A DNA stretch of 63,915 nt from Geosiphon pyriformis uo1 (taxonomy: Eukaryota > Fungi > Glomeromycota): assembly GCA_016748015.1 (NCBI GenBank), contig JAAOMT010000553.1, positions 276,923-340,837 on the forward strand. The letters are read 5' to 3'. Below the pieces are notes generated by a model. The model saw only the letters and a program-made list of their open reading frames with translations. It was not told the DNA's origin and made no database searches. Shown in pieces: positions 1-12,272 of this stretch. A program made the translations under genes and the position numbers. How positions within the stretch are numbered: position 1 is the stretch's first letter; each line of letters starts with the position of its first letter.

Positions 1-195
1 CTTATTTTTAAATAATTATAGTAATTAATATAATAATAATAATCAGATTTATTTATTTTTGAATAATTTAAAAAATCAAAAAAACTTCTTTCTCTCTTAC
101 TTCCTAAAATCCTCAAAAAGACACATTTCTAAAAAAAAAGTTTTTTGTTTTTTCTTGTTAAATCTTTCAACATTTCTTTAAATAATCCTTTCGTC

Positions 196-2070
196 ATGGA
201 TTTGAAGACTGCTTTGTGCAGTGATATGTCCAAAAAGAAGGTGCCCAAAGGTGCTTTCTATGGTCTTGCTGGTGGTTTTTTTGCTCAGAAAAAAAAGGTG
301 GTTCTTGGGAATATTAAACACTCTGGTGATGAGAAGGATATCTCTTTGAGTAAATCTGGGTCTGGTGATAGTGTGTATTCTGATGTGGATAGTATATCTG
401 GTGATGATGAGGATGTTGGCATGTCTGGTATAAGTGAGAGGTCTCCGTTGGGCTCAGCTGCCACTACTCCCAAAGCAAAACGTGTTAACACTAATACAAT
501 ATTCGGCTCTCCACTTGGTTCTCCTAATTTTGCTATGGATGATAATGAAATTGTGCTTCTTTCTTGCTTGCCTATCTCTCTGAAAAAAAAGTGGATCAAT
601 CCAAAAATTATTAAGACTTTTGTGGAAGTATCAATCAAAAAATCCTTTGTATTGGATATTGATCTCTCAGCTGTAGAGGGTAATTCAGCAATGGCAAAGA
701 CCTGGCTAATTAGGAAAATTTTTTCTTTGGTTAATGGTTTTGGGAGGACCACTACCCCTTTAAAATTTGAAGGGATCATCAAATCTACCTTTACATTAGA
801 GGAAAGCATGAAAAAGACCATGTTATTAGCCAGGGAAAAAGGGATTATCGTAAACACTGATCTCATGAAATCAGGAGTACGTTCAGATTGAGCTGTGGTG
901 ATCAAAAAAATTCTCATGGATACCCCGAAGGAAATGATTGTTACCGTAGTTGCCAAGTTTGGAGAAATCAAGTCGATCAAGATTCAGTTAATTGGCATGT
1001 GGCAGAAGACTGTGGTGGAGTTTGCTGAATCGAGTCAAGCAGATCAGTTAGTGTCAAGATGGTCATTCTTAATCAGGAAAGATTCAGTGCATGTGGCCAA
1101 AGCCGTGGGAGATCAAGATATCTGGGCCTCTAGGGATCATTTTAGGGCACTTCTGTTTACATTGCCAGTGGGAACAACAGTGCATGATCTTAGTAATCTT
1201 TTGGATAGGGTTGATAGCAAAACTTGTATCATTAATCGTTCATTGGACACTGGTAATAGAATTCATTGTGCTGTGGTTGGCTTCGAATCTAAGAATAATC
1301 TGAATTCTGCTTTTCTTACTGAGTCTGTTTTTGGTGGTGTTCGACTCTCATGGGCTAGATTTGATGTGATTCGGTGTGGAAAATGTGGGCGTCTTGGTCA
1401 TTTAGCTCTTGAGTGTGATGCTTCGAATGTATCGTCTCTTGTGCCCTTATCTTCATTTAAAAAGCCTGTCTCCAATACCAATCGCCTCCAGCTAGCCAAA
1501 CTGTACGCAAGGAAAAATGTTTCTATCTCTTACTCTGCTGCTTTTGGTGGCAAGTCATGGGCCCAAGTGGTGTCTTTTGCTCCCCCTTCTGGTGGTTCCT
1601 CTTCTGGTTCTGGTTTTGATTCTAGTGTCTTCTCTTTTGGTGTCCCTGGTCTAGGTGGTGGTGGTCCTTTACTTCCAAATGATGATTATTTGTTGAGTGC
1701 TTGTTTGGCATCTTTGGAACATTCCTTGGGGCTCCTACATGATCAGGTTTCTCGTATTGTGCACAAACTTAGTGGCGTGAATTTGGTGCCTTTGGCCCCC
1801 CCTCCTTCTTCTTCTGGTGTTTTGGCTGTCCCAGTAGCTGCTAATATTGATATGATTTTGGATGCTACTCCGACTGTTCCTGTGGTGACATCTTCACTTC
1901 CTTCTGTTGGTTCAAATTTGGGTTCAAGTAGTTCAAAGGTTTTGACCTCTAAGGTGAGTTCTTTAGAATTCAAGCTGGTGGCTCTCAACACCTCTGTTGG
2001 TGCAATTCTGGGGAAGTTTGATCAGTTGTGTGCTAGCTCGGGGTCTCAGGTGTCCTCCTATTCTCAATGA
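196..2070 (+). pseudogene. LINE ORF1 (gag-like; RRM-like region + CCHC zinc knuckle)
   Basis: ORFs 145..891 and 895..2070 are in one frame, split by TGA at 889-891. Zinc knuckle CGKCGRLGHLALEC at ~1375-1416; RRM-like KFGEIKSIKIQLIGMWQKTVVEF. Confidence 0.85.
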
Positions 2071-5000
2071 GTGATCTGGTTTAGAAGGTGGCTATGTGTA
2101 ATATAAGAGGAATAAACAATCCTGCAAAACAGGACAATATCATTCATTGGCATAAGGATATGAACAATTTAGTTTCTATTTTCACGGAATCAAAATTAAA
2201 GAGAAAGGTTCGCCCCTGGATTGTTAACAAATTTGATGGTATACGGGTGTTTACCTCTGATATGGAATCTGGTTATCTAGGTGCAGGTGTGGTGATTGTT
2301 ATGGATTCTTCTTTGGTGCGACATGTTTGTAAGATTTTGGAAGTGCCTGATCGGCTCCTGTCCATCAGGTTGCTTTTCAGGAATAAACTGTCTGTGTCAA
2401 TTTTGGGGCTGTACGCTGGTGCCTCTTCAGTGGCTCGGTTTTTTCAAGCTGGCAACATCAACTCTCTTATTGTAAAGGCTGTCAATGAATCTTCTTTCAT
2501 CATTCTTGGTGGCAATTTTAATGAAGACGGCTTTCGTAAGTGTGCAAGTTTTAGAAAATGCCTGGACATGGGTTTGGTTAATGCCTTGGGTGAGAAATTG
2601 CCAACTTGGTCTAATTCTCGGGGCGTTGTTAAGATAATTAATTATGTGCTCATTTCTTTAAACCTAGTCAATGCAGTGGTGGGTCACGACGTGATTAGTG
2701 TTGGGGAATACTTTGATACTGATCATCAGGCTGTCTTAGTGTGGGTAAGTTTAGGCGGTCTGCTAGATGTCTAGTTGAATTCTGTCTGCAAACAGGCAAA
2801 TAAGAATTGCTGAAAGTACAATTGCAAAGGTGTAGATGATATTAAATAGGCCAAATTTGAGAAGGATACTGCAGCAAATGCTGCTATGTTTTATGACAAT
2901 TTTCTTGCAGCCAGGATCCGTTTGGACTTGGATTCGATGTGGGTTGTTCTTCATAAAGTGATGTATCTGTCTGCTGAGGCAGTTTTTAAAAGGAAGTGAT
3001 TCAAGGACTTTGATAAAATTTTTAGCAAGAAATTGTTCAAGTTTCACAGACTAGAGCTCTTGGTGTCTAAGTTAGTTAAAGCATCTCGTCTGAATTCTGC
3101 TGAGGAGTTTACATTTTTGCTCAACAGGTGGGAAGGTGTGGATTCAGTCAATGTCTCTATGGTGAGGTTTCTCTTCCTGTCAGGTTCCCACTTTGATGCT
3201 ATTCGGTCAGTTTTGTCCAAAGTCAAAAAGTCTTATCGCTCCTCCAAGATGTCTGAAGCAGAGCAGATTAGGGAATCTCAGATCAGATTGGCGATAGATA
3301 AAAGGATGGAAAGTTTTGAATTAAACAAGAGTCATACTATTAAGAGCGTGTTGGAACGCCCTTTTCAGAAGGTAACTTTGGATCATCTGGTTGTTGATAA
3401 TGAGTTGGTATTAAAGCCTGATTTGGTTAAGGCCAAAGTAGATGCAGTCATGGAGGGTTGGACTAGGAAGCGTGGTGTGTTTTCTGATGTTACTGGTGTC
3501 TGGAGTCACCAATACCAGTCTTTGGAGTATGTTTTTAATGATGCTTTTTCTGGTGTAATGTGCCCGATTAACTTTGATGAGATGTCTAGTGTCATTTCAA
3601 GTCTGCTTGATGAAAAGACAGCTGGTCTCTCTGGTATCTCGAATGAGTTGTGGAAACATTGTGACAAATCAGTTCTGGATATGCTTTTAGTGCTTTTGAA
3701 TGTTTGCTTGGAGCATGAATCTGTTCCTGGGCCTTGGAAAGAGACTTGGGTGTCGATGATCTCCAAACCATATGAGTGGAAGGGTGTTTTCACAAATACC
3801 CATCCTATTGCTTTGATTGAGACGGCTCGCAAAGTCCTTTCTAAAGTGCTTTTGGACAGGATTTCATCAGTTTGTAGTATTTTTGATGTTCTGAGGGGGG
3901 ATAATTTTTCTGTCTTAAAAGGTACAACAACGCAATCTCCTATTTTTGCTATTGGATCGGTTATAGAAGATGCTTTAGAAAAGAACCGAGAGCTGTGGCT
4001 GGTCTTGTAGGACATGCGAAAGGCTTATGACTCTGTTGGTTGGGAACATCTGAGAAAAAGCTTAGTTAGAATAAAGATGTGTGACAAATTCATTCAGTTT
4101 TTTGGTAGCATCCACAATGATCAGGTCAACAGAGTTATGACGGATTTTGGGTTGACCAATGGATATCAGGTACATGATGGCTTGGACCAAGGGGAGGTGT
4201 TTTCTTCTCTTTTCTGGTACATATTTTATGATCCTCTTTTGTGTGAAGTCAAGAGACAAGAAAGTGTATGTGGATACAGGTTAGACTCTCGATTTGTTGC
4301 CAACACTGGTCGCGTTGAATCTCAGGCTGGTTTGACTTCTTTCTTCACAGCTGGTGCTTTCATCGATGATACAATTTGGATTGGTAGCAGCCAGGCTGCC
4401 ACCCAACATATTCTCAATGTTGCTAGTGATTTCTTTCGAGTCAATGACATCTCGATCAATAATGACAAGATGGTGGCCATTCCCATTAATTGCAGAGTTT
4501 CCGATCCTCATTTGTTGATCAGTGGTTTGCCTATTTTGATAGCCAAAAGGGGAGAGTCTCATCAATATCTGGGTATCTTTCTGTCTACTGAAGGTTTGTC
4601 GAAGCCTAGCTTGACTAAGGCACGCTTGGATGTCCGGTTTTTCACCAATGTTGTTCTGAGAAAAGCTATCTCTGATAAACAGTTCTTGTATTTGGTCTCA
4701 GCAGTTCTTCACCTCATCATTGCCTACAGGACTCAGTTTAGTTTTGTTTCTATTAGTGTGTGTGCGAAATGGGACACTATAATTCATAAAGTTTTGAAGT
4801 CCAAATCTGGCCTGCCGCTCGACTTTCCCAATGATGCTGTTCATCATCCTTCTTTGTATGGGTTGAAATCTTTTGAACAGGTCCAAACAGAGAGCAAGTC
4901 AGCTGTTGTTGTTTGCTTCGCTAATTCTGTAGGTATCTTGGGCCACTTGTTTGTGCATAGGTCTCATGACTTACAAGTTCTCAGCTGGTGCCCTCGCCAC

Positions 5001-6743
5001 CCCCTGCTTTTCTCTTCTTGTATTAGTGTCAGTCCTTTGAATAATTTTTTGGCTGGTGTCATCCGGATTTTTTTGGGTTTTAACCTTTCTCTGGGTGGTC
5101 TCATGACCAAAGCTTTTTGTTTTCAAAAAGAGACCCCAATGTCTATTGTTCTTGGCAAGCCAGCTTTTTATAAATGTGTCTCTTTGCTTCAGTGATATGG
5201 AATTGCCTTCGTTGAGCAGTTTCACAATCGAACTGGTTCTGTTTTCAAATGGAGGACTTTCAAGTGGTAGAAGAGACTGGACCCTCAGGGCCCAGTTTCT
5301 GATTGGTTCAATGTTGCTGTTTGCTTTTTGTCTAGTTCCAGGTCTTTTCCCGTTTGCTTTCTTTTGTCACTAAATGTTGCCTTGTCTGACGTCCTTAAGT
5401 CTTGTGAGTTTGATGTTGTCTATAATCGTTTGTTGGAGGTTGATTCCAATCATCTTTCTTTGTTTACGGATGGTTTTCTGTGTGGGCTGGGTACTTTTGG
5501 TATAAAGGCTGGCGCCACTGCTTTTTTTGGGAACATTGATTTGGGTTTGGGTGTGAAAGTTTCTGGTTTGGTTTCTTCTACCATGGCGGAGTTACAGGCC
5601 ATTGCTTTGGCTCTCAAGTGTGTTCCTCCTTTTTGTTCAGTCAATCTGTTTTTGGACAGCCAGACCGCTTTGGATGCTTGCAAGTCAGAGTTAATATTGG
5701 GTTGTTCAGATTTCAGAAATTGGTGTTGGGTTGAACGCCGCCATATTTCTAATGTCATTTGTCGCAAGAATTTGGATGTTAATTGGATTAAAGTTAGAGG
5801 TCACTCTGGGGTCTTGGGCAATGAGCGTGCTGACACTTTGGCTAGGGCTGCTGCATCTTCTGGTGTGCATCTTTCTTACAGGATTGATGAACATTTTCTC
5901 AGGGCTGGTGGTGCTGTGGTTTCTGGTAATTCTAGACATTTTGTTCGTGGTGTTTTCAACTCTATTCACCATGCACATTGGGAGGTTGGTTCTGGTTTTC
6001 AGGTTTTGGTGGACTGTCTGCGTACTGATGTTGATTGGTTCAGATCATGTTTGGTGTGGCATCTGAACTCTCATTTGGCTGCTGGTTTCACTAGTACTTG
6101 TACTGCTAATTCTTGGACATATTTTGTAAAGGCGTTGCATCATTGTCTTCCTGTTGCTGTGCGTAAGCGACTGTACAGTAAGGGGTACCCCAGTGTGATG
6201 TGTTTGTTCTGCGGTAATGTTGAGATTTCAGATCATGTTTTTTCTTGCCCTTTCAATGCTGGTGATCATGCTTAGTTGATGAACACTCATGCATCTGTTT
6301 GGAAAATGCGCTCGGGTTTGTCTTGCTCAACTTCATGTGTTTCACAGTCACTTTCTGATTGCGCTTTCAATGCTGTTGTTAGTACAGCTATATGTAAGAG
6401 CTTTGTTTTCAATGAGTGGTATCATGAATCTCTTTTTGTTTTCAAAGACTCTAAAACAGCGGCTCAAAATATTGTGGCATTTGTTCGCAAATTCTGTCTT
6501 GCATTCTGAGATGATATTTGGCTGGTGCATATGAAACACAGAGCTGTTATGGAGAAAGATGGCTTGATCCCATGTGACGGCTCTATTCCTATCTCAGTTT
6601 CTGGTTTTCTTTCGGTGCTCTCGTCCAGTATGGTTAAATTGTTGGGTATTGCTGATGCACTTGGTATTAGTTTTGGGTTTTATAAATCTAGTTTATTCTT
6701 TTCAGGTGTAGGTAACTTGGTCTCGGTGCGTATAGGTGCCTAG
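2067..6743 (+). pseudogene. LINE ORF2 pol (APE endonuclease, reverse transcriptase, RNase H, C-terminal Zn finger)
   Basis: One continuous frame of 1559 codons with 10 internal TAG/TGA stops. APE motifs CNIRG, FTESK, LGGNFN, TWSNS, TDHQ; RT motifs L*DMRKAYD, QGEVFS, AFIDD, YLGI; RNase H motifs FTDG, AELQAI, DSQ, VRGHSG, GNERAD; CLFCGNVEISDHVFSC. Confidence 0.95.
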
Positions 6744-6890
6744 TGTTGTCCTGACTAGTCTGAATGGCTGGTCACATGTAGAAAAAGCATGATTCATGTC
6801 TAGTTTAGATCACTTGTATGATGTATTGTATTAGGTAGTGTTTGGACCTCATTCGTTAAAAAATAAAAAATAAAAATAAAAATAAAAAAT
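6744..6890 (+). other. LINE 3' UTR with conserved, probably structured ~100-nt element and A-rich tail
   Basis: CTGGTCACATGTAGAAAA-GC-TGATTCA-GTCTA...TATTGTATTAG recurs at 8788-8930 (+, degenerate) and 30961-31080 (-). Confidence 0.8.
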
Positions 6891-7399
6891 CAATATGGCA
6901 ATAATAATTTACTTTATTTACTTTTAGATAGTTATAACAATTATCATAACAATATTAATTAAATTTCTAAACAATTATTTAATATTTGTTATTAAAACTA
7001 AGTAAAATACATTATTTTACAACAATTAACATTTTATAATCTTTAAAATTGTATTAATAAAATAATAAATTTATGAATAAAGCAAACAATTATAGATTAA
7101 TATAAGTCTTATTATTATAATACTTAAATATAAAATAGAATTAATATTTTAAAATAATATTTGGGATATTTTTTATAATTAAAAATATTTTATAACATCT
7201 AAAAACCTATTTAATAATATTTAAGACACATTATATCTAATGTTATATAATTACAATATAATTATAGAGAATAAAAATTATCTATATTTTGCTATTATAT
7301 TTGTAAAAATAGAGATTATAAAAAAAGATATATAGTAAAAGTAATTATAAAAAGATAATATTATATATAAATAGTTTTGATTTTTAAAAAAGTGTGATT

Positions 7400-8930
7400 A
7401 TAAAAAAATAGTGACTATAGCCAAAAGAACTATAAAAAAAGTTTATTGTAATTATAAATAAAAATAATTTTTTTATTTAAAATTATTAAATTATTTAATT
7501 TTAAAGATTAAATTAATTAAATAAAAGTTAAATTTGCTTTTTTTTCTGTTTTTTATAATATTGTTTTTAATAATATTTAAAAAACCATTATTAATAATTA
7601 AAAATTCTCTAAATAAGTAAGTTTTGCTTTAATATTTAATATTTTTTAAAATTAAATTGGTTTTTATTAAAACTGTTTTTAATTTATTTTTAAAAATAAT
7701 ATAAAGTTGTTTTATATAAAATTTGTTTTTTAAGTTTTTTTAAATATTGTTTTTATTTATTTTTCTACTTTTAAAATTTTTAAGTTTTTGGTAATTTCTA
7801 AATTTACATTTTTTTATTGTTGTTATTTTGCAAAATATGCTTAAAAATATTGCTATTATTAATATTAAGAATATTTTTAATATTTTTAATAAAGTTTTTT
7901 AGATTATATTAAAGATTATAAACATTTAACAATATGTTATTGTATATTTTAATTTCTTAATACAATTATAATTGTTTTTATTTATTGGTAAATTTTAATA
8001 AAAAATAATATAAATTTTTTTTTTGTTAATTAAAAAGACTTAAATATTATTATTATAAAAATTTGCATTTTAAGAAAATATTATATTTGGTAAAAAACTT
8101 TTAATTATTAATATTGTTTTAAGTATTAAAATTTAAATTATTTGGCTTTAGACTATAAAGTAAATTTTTTTTTCAAGTTTTTGTTTAAGTTTATAATTAA
8201 TTTTAAAATTTTAAATCTTATTTAATTAGTATTAAATATTATATTAAGATTTTTGTTTTACTAGTTTTTTCTGTTATTGTATTTTTGACTGTTTTTGTTA
8301 TTATTAGTGTTATTAATTTTTTGGTTGTTTTTAAGTTAATTTTTTTAGAATTTAAGTTTTTAAACTGATTATAATAATTAAATAAATTGTTAAATTTATT
8401 AGTGCTTTAATGTTTTTAATTATAAAGTTAATTAGTGTTTTTTTTTGAATATTAAAATCAATAAAAAACTTTTTGTAATTGATAAAAATATTGGTGTTTT
8501 TGGAAAAATTGTTGAAGATTTAAATAAAAAATTGTTAATCTTAAAATAAAATTTGATGTAAATGGTTTTTCTAATAATAATATAATTAATAATAATTTAA
8601 AATTGCTTATTAATGAAAATGTTTTTGCTAAAATAATAAAATTTAAAAGTTGTAATTTTTTAATGTTAAATTTAATGTAAATAAAACTGCTATATAAATG
8701 ACTAGTTTGATTTTTAGTAGTAATAGTTTAGTTGTAATTTTGTATAAGATGTCTGCTTTAAATAAATTTGCTTTTATGGATTCAATATAGTGTTGTTTTG
8801 ATTGGTTTGAATAGCTGGTTATATATAAAAAGAGCATAAATTACATTTAATTTGGAACACTCTAATATTGTATTGTATTAGATAATAATTGAACTGTATT
8901 TGTTAAACAAAATAAATAAATAAATAAAAA
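7400..8930 (+). mobile_element. Hypermutated relic of an ORF1-only (half-LINE-like) retroelement
   Basis: Decayed reading frame I*QYVIVYF...YW*IL, knuckle relic CFKY*NLNYLALDY (~8115-8156) and C-terminus *KL*FFNVK...I*MTSL...KMSALNKFAFMDSI*, which aligns with ORF 31112..31327. It is followed by an AT-converted copy of the LINE 3' UTR and an A-rich tail. The 5' end is approximate. Confidence 0.8.
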
Positions 8931-9489
8931 ACAATAAATTAATTATTAATAAACAAATAATAAAGTTAATTTAAATTTAAAAAAACCAAATTAATATTAA
9001 TTTTAATATTTGTAATAATTTATGAAATAATATAAAAATTAAAAAATTACACAAAAAATTTATTAAAGACCAAGAATTGTTAAAATATCAAAAATATTAT
9101 TATATTCTAAGCATAATTTTTGTTTATGTAATAGTAGAAAAATGGTTAATATTTTAAAATCTTAAGGCTTAAAATTAATTAAAGCTTGAAAATTAATGAA
9201 AAATAAAATCGAATGGTTGAAAAATAATAAAGTTTTTTCAGTAAACTAATTAAAATAATGCGATTCTATCCAATCAATTAGGACACATTGTAATTTGTCA
9301 CATTATATATTATTTTTTAAGATAAAAGTAAATAATATCTAATTGAAACATTGAATTTTATTTTATCAAGTAATAGTATAATACTTAAGATTTATCAATT
9401 TTTTAAATTTTATTATTGAATATTAGTTTTAATATACATTCACTATTAGAATTATACTACAGCCTAAGAGAAAATAAGTTTGAATTTAA

Positions 9490-10040
9490 AAAATTAGAAT
9501 GGTAAATTGTTAGCGAACTTATTGATTGTAACAGTTCAACCTGACCAATTTGAAATTCAAACCATCCTTATTTGATATTCTCCAATTAATTGGTTTAAAA
9601 AAATTTTCTTTTAGAAAATTTCTTTTCTTGGGAATATCTCAATACCTCAATTGATCGGAAAGTTTTCGATTAAAGCATCCAAAATTATTTTACAAAGAAA
9701 CTGTTTCCGTTTTACTATTAAGCAAACTAAAATAATTTTATAATTATGTTCACACAATTGATTAAATAAGTAATAGAGTTACGCTATTTTTCATGCTTCA
9801 CACCGTTTTGTTCTTGTTTATGGTATTATTATCATATAAAGAACTTGTTTGGCGTCTTTGTGTATTATAGCTACTTGTATTTGTTAATAGTGAAACTTTA
9901 TTTAGTATGATTTGTAGCGAATAATAGTTTGATAAATACATAGAGAAACAACATAAATACGAACTTTCCGAAAAAAATTTACCTTCTAAACGTACTCTTA
10001 AAAAAACTCCATTCGAATAATAGCGTATTCAATTTTATTT
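9490..10040 (+). promoter_or_regulatory. Orphan copy of the kinase-family upstream region (no kinase downstream)
   Basis: Matches 38775-39180, 33830-34500 and 25370-25560 (ATGATTTGTAGCGAATAATAGTTTGAT...ACATAGAGAAACAACATAAATAC...TTCGAATAATAGC-TATTCAATTTTATT). Confidence 0.75.
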
Positions 10041-10044
10041 TTAT

Positions 10045-10960
10045 TAGTAAAATTTTAAACTTAGTAATAAGTCTTAAAACCACTTTTTTTTTAAAAAAAG
10101 CAATTTTACAATTAACATCTATGTAATTTAAATCTTAACGCTCATAATAGTGTCAAAATTTAAAAATTTTCTATTAAATATAAATCTTTTTTAAAAATTA
10201 CAATAATAATAATTAGATTTAAGAAATTATAAACTTAAACAATAATTAATTAACTTGATATTAACATATATTATAAAAGATTTTAAAAAAAATCTAGATA
10301 CTATTTTTTTTAATAAAATTAATCAATAAGCAAAAGCAGTCTTAAAAGCTTTAAAAAATTTGAAATACAATATAACATATTATTACAAATTAGCAGATTC
10401 AATTTAACCTTAAAAACTTTACCAAAATATTGAAAAAATTTTAATATTATTTATAAAATAAAAAACAAAATTTAGTAAGCTTAGTAACAATATTCAAAAA
10501 ATTTTACACAAAAGAGTTTAATATGTTTTTAGTAATCAACACAGTTTTAACTTTAACTATTTTGATTTTTGTAACAATACTTAAATAAAAATTTTTTAAT
10601 AATTAATAATTGTTTTTTAAATACTATCATAATTAATAATATATTTAAAAAACACCAAAAAAACAGTATTTTAGTTTTTATTTTATTAAACCAATTTTTG
10701 TAATTAAATAAAGTTGTGTGTTAAATATAACTTATTTTTTTTAGAACCAGTAATAATTAATTAGAATTTAATATATCAAACAAATATAGTTATATGCTTA
10801 TTCAAGCTAGTTTTGGCAAACATATTATTACTGCTATTTTTTAAAACAAAAAAATTATTGTTTATAACCAAAATAAAATCAAGTATTATAATTAGTACAA
10901 ATATAAAAAAATTAATAAAATTACTAAAAGAAGCCAAAGTCTTATTAATTATACAAAAAA
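10045..10960 (-). mobile_element. Second hypermutated, truncated ORF1-only element relic
   Basis: The reverse strand reads HIKLFCVKF, ANL**YVILYF...AY*LILLKKNSI*IF and a knuckle relic I**KIF...DLNYIDVNCK, homologous to the 7400-8930 and 30958-33177 elements. Confidence 0.7.
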
Positions 10961-12244
10961 CAAACTTTAAATTATAAATATTGTTTTATAAAAACACATT
11001 CTTTTTAGTATTTTAAAAATATTGGTTACATTTTTTTTGAAAATCAAGATGTTGTTTTTTTGCTTTTTGTTATAATTTTAATTAAATATTAAAAACAATA
11101 ATTTTTTTTCTATTTTGTTTTTTTAATTATTATTTTGAAAATTTTTGTAAAAGTTTTAAGTTAAATAAAAAGATTTAGCATGTTTTTAATAAATATTATA
11201 ATATTTGTAATTGTTTTTATAATAAATTTAAAATTATTTTGATTTTTAATAATATGATTTTAAATAATAAAATTAATTAAATGTAATATTATTTTTATTT
11301 AAAAATAAGTTAACATAAACTTTATTTGTATTAATAAAAAAATATAATCTTCTAAAATTTGCAATAATATATCTTAAATAGTTATTTAATTGTAATTTTT
11401 ATAACAATGTAATTTTTGAAACAATTGTTGTTTATACATAAAATTGCAATAATTACATGTTATTAATTGTAATTTAAGATTTAAAATACAATAATTTCAA
11501 AATTTTTTATTTTAATTAATAAATGGTTAAAATTAATAGATAATAACAAAAAATTGCAATCTTTTTCTTAATTTGCAACCAGTTGAAAATTTGAAATTTT
11601 ATAAACAGATATTTATTTAATAAAAATTTTATTGACTTAGGTTTCTATAAAAATAAGATTTGTAATTTTCAACAATTTATTCTAAAAACAAAATAGGTTA
11701 AAATAAATTAGGTTTAATAATTACAAGTAAAAAAGATTAATATACACACTAAATTAAACTTACATTAAAAATAAAGCAAAATTATGTATTTCTTAAATGA
11801 CTTATCTATCACAAAATTCAATAAGCCAATTAATTCTAAAATATCTGATTCTTTTGAAATTCTAAATGAAGCTTTATTTATGCAAACTCGCTAAAATTTT
11901 ATTCAAAAAATTTAACTTTTATGTAACAATATTATAAATGTCGTGAAACCCAAATTGACGACAATGAGGTGTATCATTCAATAAATTCAGTATTATATAG
12001 AAAAAATTTTTATCAATCCTCTCAGTCTGACAGGTTTTTACGGAGATTTTTTTACCAAAAACGATGACCCAACCCTTTGTTTGTTAGCTGACAATCCCCA
12101 GGAAAATTTGATCGCATTTAAATTCAACATTTTAATTTGTGACACTATTGTTATTTTCACGGTCATCCTTACAGATATAGATCTGAAAAAGCCAAGGGGA
12201 AAAAAAAATTCCAAATATATGTAAAATTTGCCCAGCCAATTAGT

Positions 12245-12272
12245 TCTAGGCCATTTACAAAAATGGCCTAGA
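12245..12272. repeat. Perfect 12-bp inverted repeat with 4-nt spacer
   Basis: TCTAGGCCATTT-ACAA-AAATGGCCTAGA, about 320 bp upstream of the OTU gene. Confidence 0.9.

Larger units (their letters stand above)
60..6890 (+). mobile_element. Near full-length non-LTR retrotransposon (LINE; ORF1 + APE-RT-RNase H-ZnF ORF2), inactivated
   Basis: Two overlapping ORFs with diagnostic motifs, a 3' UTR at 6744-6856 and a (TAAAAA)n tail at 6857-6890. The 5' boundary is approximate. Confidence 0.95.

Noticed and set aside
889-6509. Stop-codon reassignment or readthrough in the LINE
   Set aside because: Neighbouring genes use TAG/TGA as normal stops. The stops fall at likely Trp, Gln and Arg positions alike and accompany other damaging transitions, so they are mutations.
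285-6539. Antisense and alternate-frame ORFs across the LINE (e.g. 285..980, 3506..4015)
   Set aside because: Shadow ORFs of the G/T-rich sense strand; no motifs.
6744-6856. Hammerhead or other known ribozyme, or a tRNA, in the 3' UTR
   Set aside because: No CUGANGA/GAAA core in proper arrangement and no tRNA A/B boxes; kept only as a structured element.
8643-8837. AT-rich ORFs 8643..8837, 32626..33162, 33649..33837 and 56699..56971 as genes
   Set aside because: F/I/K/L/N-rich products of hypermutated or low-complexity DNA. 32739..33131 is the decayed N-terminus of the ORF1-only element.
11340-11690. Cluster of TTGCAAT/TTGTAAT motifs suggesting a MITE relic
   Set aside because: No TIRs or TSD could be identified.
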